Shown here: positions 9,919-20,300 of the stretch, piece by piece
Layout of the letters: every line of letters starts with the position of its first letter
Position numbering within the stretch: the first letter of the stretch is position 1
Sequence record: MN917146.1
Length of the DNA stretch: 40,000 bases
Source: Bacteroides phage crAss002
Direction: 5' to 3' (one strand)
Position numbers and translations under genes: made by a program
The notes under the pieces: generated by a model
Database searches by the model: none
The model's input: only the letters and a program-made list of their open reading frames with translations
Told to the model about the DNA's origin: nothing

Positions 9919-11229
9919 ATGGGAACTTTTAGTAGTAATAATGATTTAGATTTAAGTACCGGTAGTATTGATAATGGCGATACTACTAATACTGGAGGTC
10001 AAGGTACTGGCTCTGGTGCTAACGGCAATCCTGCCGGACAGGGACAACAAGGTGCTGGACAAGAAGGACAACAAGGACAAGGTGGAAGTGCTGATACTAG
10101 TACTGTTGATAATGGAGGTGAAAACCAACAGGGACAACAGGGACAAGGAGAAGAACAGCAAGGAAGTTCCTCTACGGGGGAAGAAGTGGTATTATCAGAA
10201 GGTGATACTGTAAATGTTGATGGTGTAGATTATACTATTGATGCTAACGGTAATGCTCTTGCTGCCGATGGAACTGTATTTCGTACTGCTGCTGAACTTG
10301 CTGAACTTATATCTCAAAATGGTTTTGAACCAAGTGTTCTTGAACAATTACAAACTCGTTTCGGTTCTGACTTTAAAGATGAGAATGGTAATCCTATTGT
10401 ATTCGATAATAATACAGAAGGTATTGCTGCTTATGTTGATACAGTAATTCAGAATAGAATTGCAGAAGCTCAAACTGCTGCTCTTAATAATCTGTTTGAA
10501 ACTTATCCGCAAGTAGAACAAGTTATTAATCATCTTAAACTTAACGGTACTCTTGACGACTTCGTAGAAATTCCTGATAGAAGTCAGATTATTGTTAGTA
10601 AAGATAACGAAGAACAACAAGCTACTTTCATTCGTGAAGAATGGAAACTTAGTGGTAAAAAAGGAGATGTAAATAAATTCATTGACTATTGTAAGAACGC
10701 CGGTATTCTTTATGATACTGCTGTTGAATCTAAAGAAGCTGTTGATAGCATTTATGAATCTCGACTTGCTGAACAGAAAGCACAAGTAGAAGCTAAAGAA
10801 GCTGCTGCTGCTGCCGAAGAGAAAGCATATTGGGATAATGTAGAAAAGACTATTAGTAAAGGCGAACTATTAGGTTATAGTATTCCTGAACAAATTCAGT
10901 GTAACAAAGACGGAAAGAAGGTAATGCTTAGTCGCAAAGACTTCTTGAAGTATGTGTCTACTCCTATTGACAATGAAGGTAATACAGCCTATATGTTAGA
11001 CGAAGCTAAAGTTGATTCTAATGCTCGTATGCAGGATGATTTACTTAAAGCATTTCTTAGGTTTACTGGTGGCGATTATGCTAGTCTTGTCGGTATGGCT
11101 GTTAACAAGCAGAAAGTTCTATCTATTAGAACTACCGCAGCACAAACTACTGGTAAAAGGACTGTTATTATCAATAGTAAAGGTAATAATTCTAAGACAG
11201 TTGATAATGACCAACTAGTCTTGAACTAA
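9919..11229 (+). CDS. putative scaffold/prohead protein with low-complexity G/Q-rich N-terminus
   Basis: ATG 9919 (MGTFSSNNDLDLSTGS...); GQQGQGEEQQGSS low complexity then acidic coiled-coil; located between portal and MCP. Confidence 0.55.
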   Translation: MGTFSSNNDLDLSTGSIDNGDTTNTGGQGTGSGANGNPAGQGQQGAGQEGQQGQGGSADTSTVDNGGENQQGQQGQGEEQQGSSSTGEEVVLSEGDTVNVDGVDYTIDANGNALAADGTVFRTAAELAELISQNGFEPSVLEQLQTRFGSDFKDENGNPIVFDNNTEGIAAYVDTVIQNRIAEAQTAALNNLFETYPQVEQVINHLKLNGTLDDFVEIPDRSQIIVSKDNEEQQATFIREEWKLSGKKGDVNKFIDYCKNAGILYDTAVESKEAVDSIYESRLAEQKAQVEAKEAAAAAEEKAYWDNVEKTISKGELLGYSIPEQIQCNKDGKKVMLSRKDFLKYVSTPIDNEGNTAYMLDEAKVDSNARMQDDLLKAFLRFTGGDYASLVGMAVNKQKVLSIRTTAAQTTGKRTVIINSKGNNSKTVDNDQLVLN

Positions 11230-11245
11230 CTAAATTAAAACGAAT

Positions 11246-12721
11246 ATGTACAAATTAAGAGAAGTCGAAAGAGGTAGATATGATGATAGAGGTTACTCTA
11301 ATGAGCAATCTCTTGCTGCCTTAATGATTCAAAAACCGGAAGAGATTAACAACTTCCTGACTTACACTTATGGTATGGAAGATAACCGATTCCCGCTAAC
11401 TTTCCTTACAGAAGGACAAGGTGCTGCTGGTGTTCGTGATATTACTACTGTTGAGTGGACTTGGAAGACAATGGGTCGTCAGAGATTCAATGATTACATT
11501 GTTTGGGCTGATACTAGTGATACTACTCCGGGTATTGGTGGTAAACCTATTAAGGTTGAGTTTGCTACTGGTCTTATTATCGAACAGTATGGTTTGCTTG
11601 CTCCTGATGGTAAGACTGCTGTTCGTGTAATGCGTGACCATGGTGCTGGTAGTCATGGTGGACATCTGTATTCTTTGCAGCTAAAGAATCCTGATAAGAG
11701 TGCTTATGTTGACCCTGCTAATCTTGAAAAAGGTAAGTATTGGTGTATGTTAGCTCCGTCTATTCCTGAATCTTATTCTAAGGGTAACAAGACTAATGTA
11801 ATGGGTCCAGGCGTTATGAAATCCCAGCTAGGATTCAAGCGTTATAGCAAGGAAATTGCAGGTAACATTAGTAATGTTATTGTTAGCTATGCTTTCAAGA
11901 CTAAAGACGGTGGTACTGATACTCGTTGGATTAACGAAGAAATGCGCCAGTTCGATGTTCAGATGCGTATTTCTAATGAGATTGACTTATGGACATCTCG
12001 TTACAATCGTACTGTTAATGGTACTATTGATATGAAGGATTGGGATAATGACCAACCAATTCCTGAAACTGCTGGCATGTTTGAAATCCTTGAAGAATCT
12101 AACTACGATACTTATGGTGAATACTTACCTCTTAGTAAGCTAAAAAGAACTATTGGTGACGTAGTTGATAAAGATACCGATACTGGTTCTATGGAGATTA
12201 CTCTGTATGCAGGTAAAGGTGGTATCGAAGATTTCGATATGGCTATCCGTGAAGATGTTAAGTCCGAAGGATTCATTACTCCACTTGGAGAGAAAATGAT
12301 TGGTGAAGAAGCAGGTGGTCTTACTTATGGTAAATACTTCCGTAAGTATAAGACTATTGACGGACATACTGTTACTTGTATTCATCTTCCTTTCTTGGAT
12401 AAATCTCCTATTGCTGAAACAGCAAAAGCTAATGGACTTATTCATCCTCGTACTGGTTTGCCTATGACATCTCACAAACTGATGTTCATTGACAACTCTG
12501 TATATAACGGAAATCGTAATGTTCGTATGGTACGTATGAAAGGTCAGTCTTACCTTGTTGGTGTATTGAAAGGTCTTACTCCTATTCCACCGTCTTGGGG
12601 TTCTGTTCCTAGCAATTCTATATCTACGGATATTGATAAGTCTCAATATGAAGTTAAAATGTCTCGTGGTCTGCAAGTAGATAGACAAGAGAAGATGTTC
12701 ATGTTGGAGTGCGTACTCTAA
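11246..12721 (+). CDS. major capsid protein (crAss-like)
   Basis: 491 aa, position portal-scaffold-MCP, features such as NNFLTYTYGMEDNRFPLTFLTEGQGA typical of crAss-like MCP. Confidence 0.8.
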   Translation: MYKLREVERGRYDDRGYSNEQSLAALMIQKPEEINNFLTYTYGMEDNRFPLTFLTEGQGAAGVRDITTVEWTWKTMGRQRFNDYIVWADTSDTTPGIGGKPIKVEFATGLIIEQYGLLAPDGKTAVRVMRDHGAGSHGGHLYSLQLKNPDKSAYVDPANLEKGKYWCMLAPSIPESYSKGNKTNVMGPGVMKSQLGFKRYSKEIAGNISNVIVSYAFKTKDGGTDTRWINEEMRQFDVQMRISNEIDLWTSRYNRTVNGTIDMKDWDNDQPIPETAGMFEILEESNYDTYGEYLPLSKLKRTIGDVVDKDTDTGSMEITLYAGKGGIEDFDMAIREDVKSEGFITPLGEKMIGEEAGGLTYGKYFRKYKTIDGHTVTCIHLPFLDKSPIAETAKANGLIHPRTGLPMTSHKLMFIDNSVYNGNRNVRMVRMKGQSYLVGVLKGLTPIPPSWGSVPSNSISTDIDKSQYEVKMSRGLQVDRQEKMFMLECVL

Positions 12722-12747
12722 GTTAAACAATTAAAATTGAAATTATA

Positions 12748-13902
12748 ATGGAAGGACAAGCACCAAAAGCCGGAACATTCGGCAGTAGTCTAAATAATCC
12801 AACTAATAGCCCTAGTGCTACTACACAGGCTAAAGCTCCGGAAACTCCTAGAGAAACCTATGAACAACTTCTTAAAAAAGAAGATGGTTTAGATAGAGAC
12901 TTCTTAGAAGAAAGATATATTACAATAGCTCTTGCTACTGATATTACTATTAATTCTGTTTATCGTCAAGTTAATGCTAGATATATCGTTGACCGTCACG
13001 ATAGCATTGGTGGTAGTATTAATTCAGCTAGAATCTTAACTAGCAACTATAAAGAAATGGAAGCGTACATGCCTTCTCTTGTTGGTTGCTCTGTTAATTC
13101 ACAGGAATATATTACTCGTGTTCAACGTTGGTTCAATAGCATATCTATTCCTGTTGATGGTGAAGGAAAGAAACTTAATTGTTCTTTCCAATGGAATAAG
13201 AAAAGAGATTATCTGAACTATAAGATAGATGAAACAGAGATTATCGAAGAATATGATAATGCTGAAAAGTCTAATCCTAAACAGTTGAAAGATGCTATTG
13301 CTAAATATGTAACTAAGATTAATGCTCTTGAAGCAACTCGTTATCAATACGGACATCCTATTAAAGTAGATGATTACTTAGCATATCGTCATTGTTTACT
13401 TTATCCGATTGTCGCTAAAGACGTAGCTATTATTAGCTTCGACCCTCGTGTTAAATTCTATATTAAAGATGAACAACGAGAAAACAATCGTCTTAAACGT
13501 AATCGTATTCAAGCTAACAAGGCAAGACGTAATTATCTTGACGCTATTGATAATGATGCTAAGTTTAAAGCTATTTTCGTATGTTACTCTGCTAGTAACA
13601 AACAGAATGTATTATCTAACTTGTTACTTGATAGAACTATCCAAGAAAAGATGCTTGACGACTTTGCAATTAAAGAGCCGGAGAAATTCAACAAACTGTT
13701 TAACAATTCACAAATTGAGCTTCAAGCGTTCATTGAAGAAGCTATTGCCAAAGGTGAGCTAGTTCGTTCTGATGTTAATCAAACTGTTCTTACTCCCGAA
13801 GGTGGATTTATCGGAGCTAACATGAAAGAAGCGTTGGCTTATTTCAGTAATCCCGAAAATGCTGATTATAAAAGAGCACTTGAAACTAAACTAAAATTAT
13901 AA
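12748..13902 (+). CDS. head/connector-associated structural protein
   Basis: 384 aa directly after MCP; conserved gene order only. Confidence 0.6.
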   Translation: MEGQAPKAGTFGSSLNNPTNSPSATTQAKAPETPRETYEQLLKKEDGLDRDFLEERYITIALATDITINSVYRQVNARYIVDRHDSIGGSINSARILTSNYKEMEAYMPSLVGCSVNSQEYITRVQRWFNSISIPVDGEGKKLNCSFQWNKKRDYLNYKIDETEIIEEYDNAEKSNPKQLKDAIAKYVTKINALEATRYQYGHPIKVDDYLAYRHCLLYPIVAKDVAIISFDPRVKFYIKDEQRENNRLKRNRIQANKARRNYLDAIDNDAKFKAIFVCYSASNKQNVLSNLLLDRTIQEKMLDDFAIKEPEKFNKLFNNSQIELQAFIEEAIAKGELVRSDVNQTVLTPEGGFIGANMKEALAYFSNPENADYKRALETKLKL

Positions 13903-13914
13903 TAACTATTTATT

Positions 13915-14568
13915 ATGAAAGTAGCAGAGATACATAACGAGTTCATGCTTCTAGCTCAACAAATGGGCATGAAAACTGTGCGAGCAATACTTCCCGAACA
14001 GGTAGACGAAATAATCAATTTAGAGATTATCGAATATGTGAAAGATGTTTTCTCTCGTAAAGGTAATCGTGAACTCGATGGTATCTCTGATAACGTTATA
14101 AGATTAACAGAACTTAGTCCTCTTCATACTAGTATTAAGATTGAAGCTGAACAAGGAGATATAATGTTTGGTACTGGTTATAAGATAGAGTTAAACGACT
14201 ATCCAACACCCATGTTCTACACATCTATCTACTCCTTTAAGGGGGATAAATCTTATCGTTGCAGATTGATAGACTTAGACTTAGTGAGTGAAACGATGAA
14301 CGATTATCATTCAAAGTCTATTGTTATAAGTCCTATATGTTATAAGACCGAATCTAATATTGAAGTGATTGCAACATTTGAAATAGATAAGTTCTTAGTT
14401 AATTATATTAAGTATCCTACTCTAATTAGTATTGCAACCGATACTACGAATGAACTATCAGATGTTGCTATGCACGAAGTTATTAAGAGAGCTGTTAATA
14501 CCTTTAATGCTATCTCTAATAATAATAGTTATGAGAAAGTTTCAAACGAATTATCTAAATTAGAATAA
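13915..14568 (+). CDS. head-tail connector/ring-type protein candidate
   Basis: 217 aa, MKVAEIHNEFMLLAQQMGMKTVRAILPEQVDEIINLEIIEYVKD; position-based inference. Confidence 0.55.
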   Translation: MKVAEIHNEFMLLAQQMGMKTVRAILPEQVDEIINLEIIEYVKDVFSRKGNRELDGISDNVIRLTELSPLHTSIKIEAEQGDIMFGTGYKIELNDYPTPMFYTSIYSFKGDKSYRCRLIDLDLVSETMNDYHSKSIVISPICYKTESNIEVIATFEIDKFLVNYIKYPTLISIATDTTNELSDVAMHEVIKRAVNTFNAISNNNSYEKVSNELSKLE

Positions 14569-14569
14569 A

Positions 14570-15451
14570 ATGGAAAGACTGTTGTTTGCAGATAATGTTG
14601 CATTAGCTACTACTCCCGCTACTCTAGCTGCTGTTAATGCAGCAGGTATTACAGAGGGTGCTGTTGCTCTTTACGACAACGAAGGTGCAATCATCTCGAA
14701 AGCTCTTACTAAGAACATTCCGATGTTTACCTTGTTTGTTGGCGGTGGAGCATTTGCTAATAAGAGCAAGTATACCAATATTGTATCTGATATTGATACT
14801 AGACGTTTCTCTTATGTTAAGAGTGTCTATGCTGCCGGAACTAAATTTAGTGCGGAAATTACTGTTCCTACCCCCGTAAAAGGAAAGGATTATACGTTAA
14901 CTATGGCTAAAGCTCATACTGTTCTTAATGAACGTTATAAGTGGTCGGCTAGTGAGCGTGCTCGTGAAGGTGATACTGCTGCTATTATTGCTAAGAAGTT
15001 AAGTACTCAACTTAATTCTCTTGGTAAGAATGAAGGATTTACTGCTAGTGTTGCCGCTGCTAAAATTACCGTAACTGGTACTGATTATGAAGCATGGAAT
15101 CTGATTGCAGGAGATTCATTGTTTGGAGTAACTATTACTACTACAAAAGCTGTGAAACCAATTAATGATGATGCTGCTCTTAAAGAATTACAGATTCGTT
15201 GTATTGGTGGTGAAGGTATTAATTCTACTAGCAATGATGCTCGTAAGTTATATACTTTGCCGGAATTCTCTAATGCAGGCGGTTGGACAGTATTTACACT
15301 AACCTTCTATCCTCATCGTGACCTTCGTAGTGGTAGTACCGAAAATGTTAAGACTATTATTCATCTTGCTATTCCGACAGGAGCTGCTCAAATAGCTACT
15401 CTTGAAACAATATTTGCATCTATTAATACTCCGGCAGCAGCAGGAGCTTAA
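14570..15451 (+). CDS. virion structural protein (auxiliary capsid or tail candidate)
   Basis: 293 aa, Ala/Thr-rich, beta-rich composition typical of an abundant structural protein. Confidence 0.6.
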   Translation: MERLLFADNVALATTPATLAAVNAAGITEGAVALYDNEGAIISKALTKNIPMFTLFVGGGAFANKSKYTNIVSDIDTRRFSYVKSVYAAGTKFSAEITVPTPVKGKDYTLTMAKAHTVLNERYKWSASERAREGDTAAIIAKKLSTQLNSLGKNEGFTASVAAAKITVTGTDYEAWNLIAGDSLFGVTITTTKAVKPINDDAALKELQIRCIGGEGINSTSNDARKLYTLPEFSNAGGWTVFTLTFYPHRDLRSGSTENVKTIIHLAIPTGAAQIATLETIFASINTPAAAGA

Positions 15452-15487
15452 AGAAAATATTGTAAATATAACTCGTAATAGTTTAAT

Positions 15488-15529
15488 AAAGGGGTTGCTA
15501 TTAATGTTAAAATTAGTAGTAATTCCTTT
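15488..15529 (+). other. intergenic hairpin
   Basis: TGCTATTAAT 15496-15505 / ATTAGTAGTA 15512-15521 (10 bp incl. two G-U) closed by AAAGG/CCTTT; no T-run follows. Confidence 0.45.
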
Positions 15530-15543
15530 AATCATAAATAGGG

Positions 15544-16134
15544 ATGAAAGAAATTATCGAATTTGCTCTTAATCAAGGCTTGAGTTCCTTGATAACTATT
15601 TCTATTTTCCTACTATTATATAAATGGTTGGATAATAAGAAGAAGACTGAAAGCGAAAAGTTTGTTAGTTCTATTAGTAGTACTCTTGATGAAGTATCTA
15701 AATCATTGCTACAAGTCTCAACGTTTATCACTGATATTACAAAGAATATCATAGATAAAGATAAAGACAAGTGTAAGACTGCAATAGAAGATTCTATGTT
15801 CGCTTCGGCAATGAGATTGACTATATTCGTTACTAATACTGTTATTAATAACCACGTCCATACTAATAAAGATAATATACTTGCTAATATCCATAATATA
15901 GTTAATGCAGAGTTTTACAGTGTATTCTCTAGCTTAGCTTTATATAAGATTAATGGAATAAAAGCTAGTGATAATATGAAAAAGGATTGGATGCCGTCAG
16001 TAGAGAAATCTATAATAGAAATAGTGTTTAATGACAGTCTTAGTAAAGAAGATAAAATATCTAGTTTTAATAATAAAATAAACTTGAAGTTTCAGTCTTA
16101 TATAACTTATATAACAAATAATACATTAAAGTAA
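15544..16134 (+). CDS. membrane-anchored hypothetical protein
   Basis: N-terminal TM SLITISIFLLLYKWL, then helical soluble domain. Confidence 0.6.
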   Translation: MKEIIEFALNQGLSSLITISIFLLLYKWLDNKKKTESEKFVSSISSTLDEVSKSLLQVSTFITDITKNIIDKDKDKCKTAIEDSMFASAMRLTIFVTNTVINNHVHTNKDNILANIHNIVNAEFYSVFSSLALYKINGIKASDNMKKDWMPSVEKSIIEIVFNDSLSKEDKISSFNNKINLKFQSYITYITNNTLK

Positions 16135-16352
16135 TGGACATAAACTTCGATAATGTAAAAAGCAAATTGGTTGATAGAGGTGTACAAGTTGTACACCTCT
16201 CTACCATTGGATTCGTTCTTACTAATGAAGATATATGTAGATATAATGCTATGACTATTCTTAGTCACATGCAAAATGTAGAATCTAAACTTAGTGAGAA
16301 ACAACAACAAAATCTAATTGCAATGTATAACGAATTAATAGTAATGCAATGA
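16134..16352 (+). CDS. small hypothetical protein
   Basis: 72 aa with overlapping start/stop to both neighbours. Confidence 0.55.
   Translation: MDINFDNVKSKLVDRGVQVVHLSTIGFVLTNEDICRYNAMTILSHMQNVESKLSEKQQQNLIAMYNELIVMQ
16176..16200. repeat. 25-nt perfect palindrome, 12-bp arms and 1-nt centre
   Basis: AGAGGTGTACAA-G-TTGTACACCTCT. Confidence 0.9.
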
Positions 16353-17317
16353 GAAAGAACGAAAATGGAATGTATACTTACTTGGATGTTCCTAGTAAGT
16401 ATAATTGTGTTTATAAAAGATTGCTTATTAAGTTAAGTGACTTAGGAGTAGACATGATTAAAGATTGTATTTCTACTTGTAAAGGTATCAATCGTCAAGT
16501 CATTAATTGTTGGAATATGTTTCAATCTGCTTGTGCCGCCTATACATTAGGTTATTGGAAACAGGCAGATTTACTCATTAATTATATTAATGTTTCTTTA
16601 GCTTTGAACTGTACTGAATATACTACTGATGAGAAACCTGTATTTATGACATTTGAACTTAATATTCCTATGTCAATTACTGGTGCTCAACAGATAAAAT
16701 ATAATGAAGCTACATTTGTTATCGCTAATAAAGAATATGTAACTAAAGATACTCTTACTATATATCAAGTTATTAACGAAAGAGAAAATATTATAGCTTC
16801 AGGATTATCTATTGATAGTCCGGCTAAGTTTAATGAATTAACACTTAATGCTCAAGTAGGACAAGTTTATATATTTAGAGCTAGTATAGAAGGAGAAGAC
16901 GGTGAAACATATTATTCTAATGACTTTATTGTCGAATGTAAGTTTATTCCTAAAATGAACGTAATGTATTATGGACATACGGATATTGCTCCGCAAGTAT
17001 TTGATAAAATGTCTGTTAGTGATATTATGGCATTAGAAGGTAATACTCCTAGAACTATTACAGGAGATAAGAATAATACATTTACTATTCATCAAGAAAA
17101 GAAGATTCATTATCTTCTTATACCTGATACACTTATGACGCTTATTAAAGCTGAATATGGTACTATTCTTGTTACTACTCTTTGGGACGGTTCAGACGGT
17201 GCTTATAAGACTAATAATCCTGGTGGTACTGTTGATGATATACATTATAAAGTATTCTTCTTATATTCTCCTTCTGTATTTGATGATGCTATTCGTATAA
17301 TCTGTAAAAACAAGTAA
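16349..17317 (+). CDS. tail/fibre-associated structural protein
   Basis: 322 aa, ATGA overlap with upstream, followed by large fibre genes. Confidence 0.55.
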   Translation: MRKNENGMYTYLDVPSKYNCVYKRLLIKLSDLGVDMIKDCISTCKGINRQVINCWNMFQSACAAYTLGYWKQADLLINYINVSLALNCTEYTTDEKPVFMTFELNIPMSITGAQQIKYNEATFVIANKEYVTKDTLTIYQVINERENIIASGLSIDSPAKFNELTLNAQVGQVYIFRASIEGEDGETYYSNDFIVECKFIPKMNVMYYGHTDIAPQVFDKMSVSDIMALEGNTPRTITGDKNNTFTIHQEKKIHYLLIPDTLMTLIKAEYGTILVTTLWDGSDGAYKTNNPGGTVDDIHYKVFFLYSPSVFDDAIRIICKNK

Positions 17318-17318
17318 T

Positions 17319-20300
17319 ATGAGAAAAGGAATAAGTATAGGTCAGCCTCTTGTTAACAATAGTGTAGATGATAATTATAATCCTCTGCCTGATGTTGATG
17401 CTAAGTATGGACCTTATAATAGTATTGCAGAAGCTCTGAAAGAATTGTCTCCTGAATTACGTTCGGTAGGTCTTACGGTAGGTATTAAACAAAATAATAT
17501 TATTAACGAGTATTGGTTTAATGGAGGTATTGAAAGCGAGAATCTTGTAATTAAGCAACAAGGTGGTGGAGATGAACCAGTTCAAACTGTTTATATACAA
17601 GACAATCCTCCTGCTAATACAAATTCTCTTTGGGTAGATACTTCTGGATTAGGGGCAGCTCTTGAAGAAGATGAAAAGCTAGCTCCTATAATTCAATCTA
17701 TTCAAGTGATACAAAAGTATCTTGATACTATTGTCCATCAGAGAGATTTAATTATAAATCCCGGTCATGTTAGTAATACTTTTACTAAGTCTATATTAAA
17801 AGAATATACTCCTATTGACCCTAATACTGGACAATTAGCAATTAGAGTTGCTGCTGTTGGTGAAAGTCTTGAACCTGAAACAGATGAATATGAACCAAAT
17901 ACTAAAGCGGTTCGTGGGCATTATGGTACTCTTAAAGAAATTCAAGATAACTTTAATAATTTCGTAGATTACGAACTTCTAATTGCTACTGATGTAAAAC
18001 GTCTATATACTAAGATTAATGGAGAACCTGTTAATCTTACTGGTACTAGTTCAGGCGGTGGCGGCAGTATTGATTATGAAGCATTGGATAAATTAGATAC
18101 TATTGGCTTCGTTGCTCCTAATGGACAAGTATATCGTGTTAAGGTTAATAATAACGGACAGCTAGTAGTATATAAGAAAGAGTTAGATACACCACAAGCA
18201 GAACCTACTGGTGGACAAGAAGAACCTGGAACTGGTTGGGTATATGTAACTACTCTATATTTACAAAAGTTATATATTAACTCTTTGTATTGTGGCGGTA
18301 TTACTAGTGACGAATATAGTTATAATCCATGCTCTCATAACTTCGTTGAACTTAGTAATCTTACGGGTAAAGATGTGTCTCTTAATGGACTATCATTACA
18401 GTATGGTACAGAAGGTGGAAATTGGGAAGTACTCCCTTTATGGGGGAATATCAAAGCAGGTTCGACATTCTTAATTAGAGGTGCTCAATGTTCAGTAATG
18501 AATACTAATACTACTCGTATTAAAGTTGAGACTTATGATATGGAGTGGTATGCTAGTGATGGTAATCTTATTAAGTTTGATAATAAGAAAGCTAAATTTT
18601 TCTTGACTTGGGGAACGTCACCTAGTTCTGTTGCGAATCCTTATAATAACACGACTTCCCCTATAAGGGTATCTAAAGGTTATATTGATTTAGTTGGACT
18701 TCAAATCTTAAATGCTGGTGATGCTGATAAAGTTGATGCTGCTGAAAATACTGCTTATGGTTATCTTACTAGTAAGTATTTATTTACTAAGTACTATACT
18801 ATGGACAATGTTAAGCAAGCTACTAAAGCTCTTAGTGCTAGAAATAACGCTAATGATATGTACTTTGTTAATCTCGAAGCAAACATAATACCTAGAGTAG
18901 ATTCTTATACTCCACGTGCTAGCTTTGAGAATAAGAATATATTCTTTAATAAGACTTTACTAGACCATACTAAACCTAATAAGGTTACTATGACTTTAGG
19001 TAGAAAGGCTTGTTATACTTTTAATGAATCTAATGAACCTAATGATGATGCTAGTAGATGTTTCAATTGGGTGTCAGTAGGTTACTATGATGAGTATTTA
19101 TGGTATCGTGCATATAGAAGTGACGGTAGTTATACTAATTGGACTAAAGTAGAATCATTTAAAAATGAGACTGGTGTTCGTAAATATTATAATCGTATTC
19201 GTGCAATAACTACTGATGGTACTCCTTTTACTACTCATAAAGTAATACTTACTCATTTAGGAGAACAATATGATACTCATACAAGGGATAAGAATATTTA
19301 TTACGAATATTATGTAGGTAGAGACGAAACTTATAAGAGCGATATTCGTAGATTTGTAGTTATGAGCGAAAATGTAGGGAGCGAAGTTCTTAACTTTGTT
19401 CAGACTTCCGACCAACAAGGCTTTAATTGGGATGAATATAATGTATGGAGAATAACTGCCGGACAAATAAAGAAGGACTTTGATAGATATAAAAATAGTA
19501 ATATATCTGTGTGCTACTTTATGATTAATACTGGCGATATGACACAGAATGGTAATCGTATTAATGAATGGTTAGATTATGAAGCAGGAAGAGAACCACT
19601 ATACGATATTGCTGAAATGGTAACTGTTGGTAACAATGATTTAACTCCGGCTAATGTATATGTTCTTGGTGACGGTGGAGATGATTCTAAAATTAATGCT
19701 ACTAACATTCGTTTCTTCTATTGTTATGAAATGGATGAAGATAATCCTCCTGTATTTACTGTTGAAGGAAAAGAAATATTCGTTGAATCATTATATTCAT
19801 TCGATGTTGGTCATACCCATTTCTTATGTGTTAATAGTGAGATAAGTTCTAATACTGAAAGAGATGTTTACGGACTTACTACTACTGGTGTAATGTATGA
19901 TTTAATAAGACAATGGTGTGAAAGAGATGATGCTAATGCAACTAATGCTAAAGCTAAGATAGCTTATTGTCATGAAATGCCTTTTACTATTATTACTCAA
20001 AATCTTATTAATTCATTTTATTGGAATAATGAAGAAAACACTAGTGTTGAGAGAAGTGGTAGTAGATTGAATTTCAATACCACTAAAGCTAACGCTTATT
20101 GGTTCTCAAAGTTCTTACAGACCCACAATTACCGTTTATGTCTTGGTGGACATAAACATACTTACAGTTGCAGTTATCCGATTTTAGAGAACGAAAACAG
20201 CTCTATGAAGCCTATCATACAGGTCACTGCGGACGTTTTAAAGAAGGATTTTAATTCTGATGAATTATATACGGAAACTGCCGAAGGTGCGTTAAAAGGG

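Noticed and set aside
10021-10175. GGACAACAAGG-type short tandem repeats
   Set aside because: Explained by the low-complexity G/Q-rich N-terminal region of the scaffold-like protein rather than an independent DNA element.
10348-10785. 145-aa antisense ORF in the scaffold-like gene
   Set aside because: Same codon-bias shadow; no supporting motif.
12140-12730. 196-aa antisense ORF opposite the major capsid gene
   Set aside because: Mirror-frame shadow created by strong codon bias of the + strand gene; low-complexity Ser/Thr/Phe/Ile composition, no start context, overlaps a confident CDS completely.
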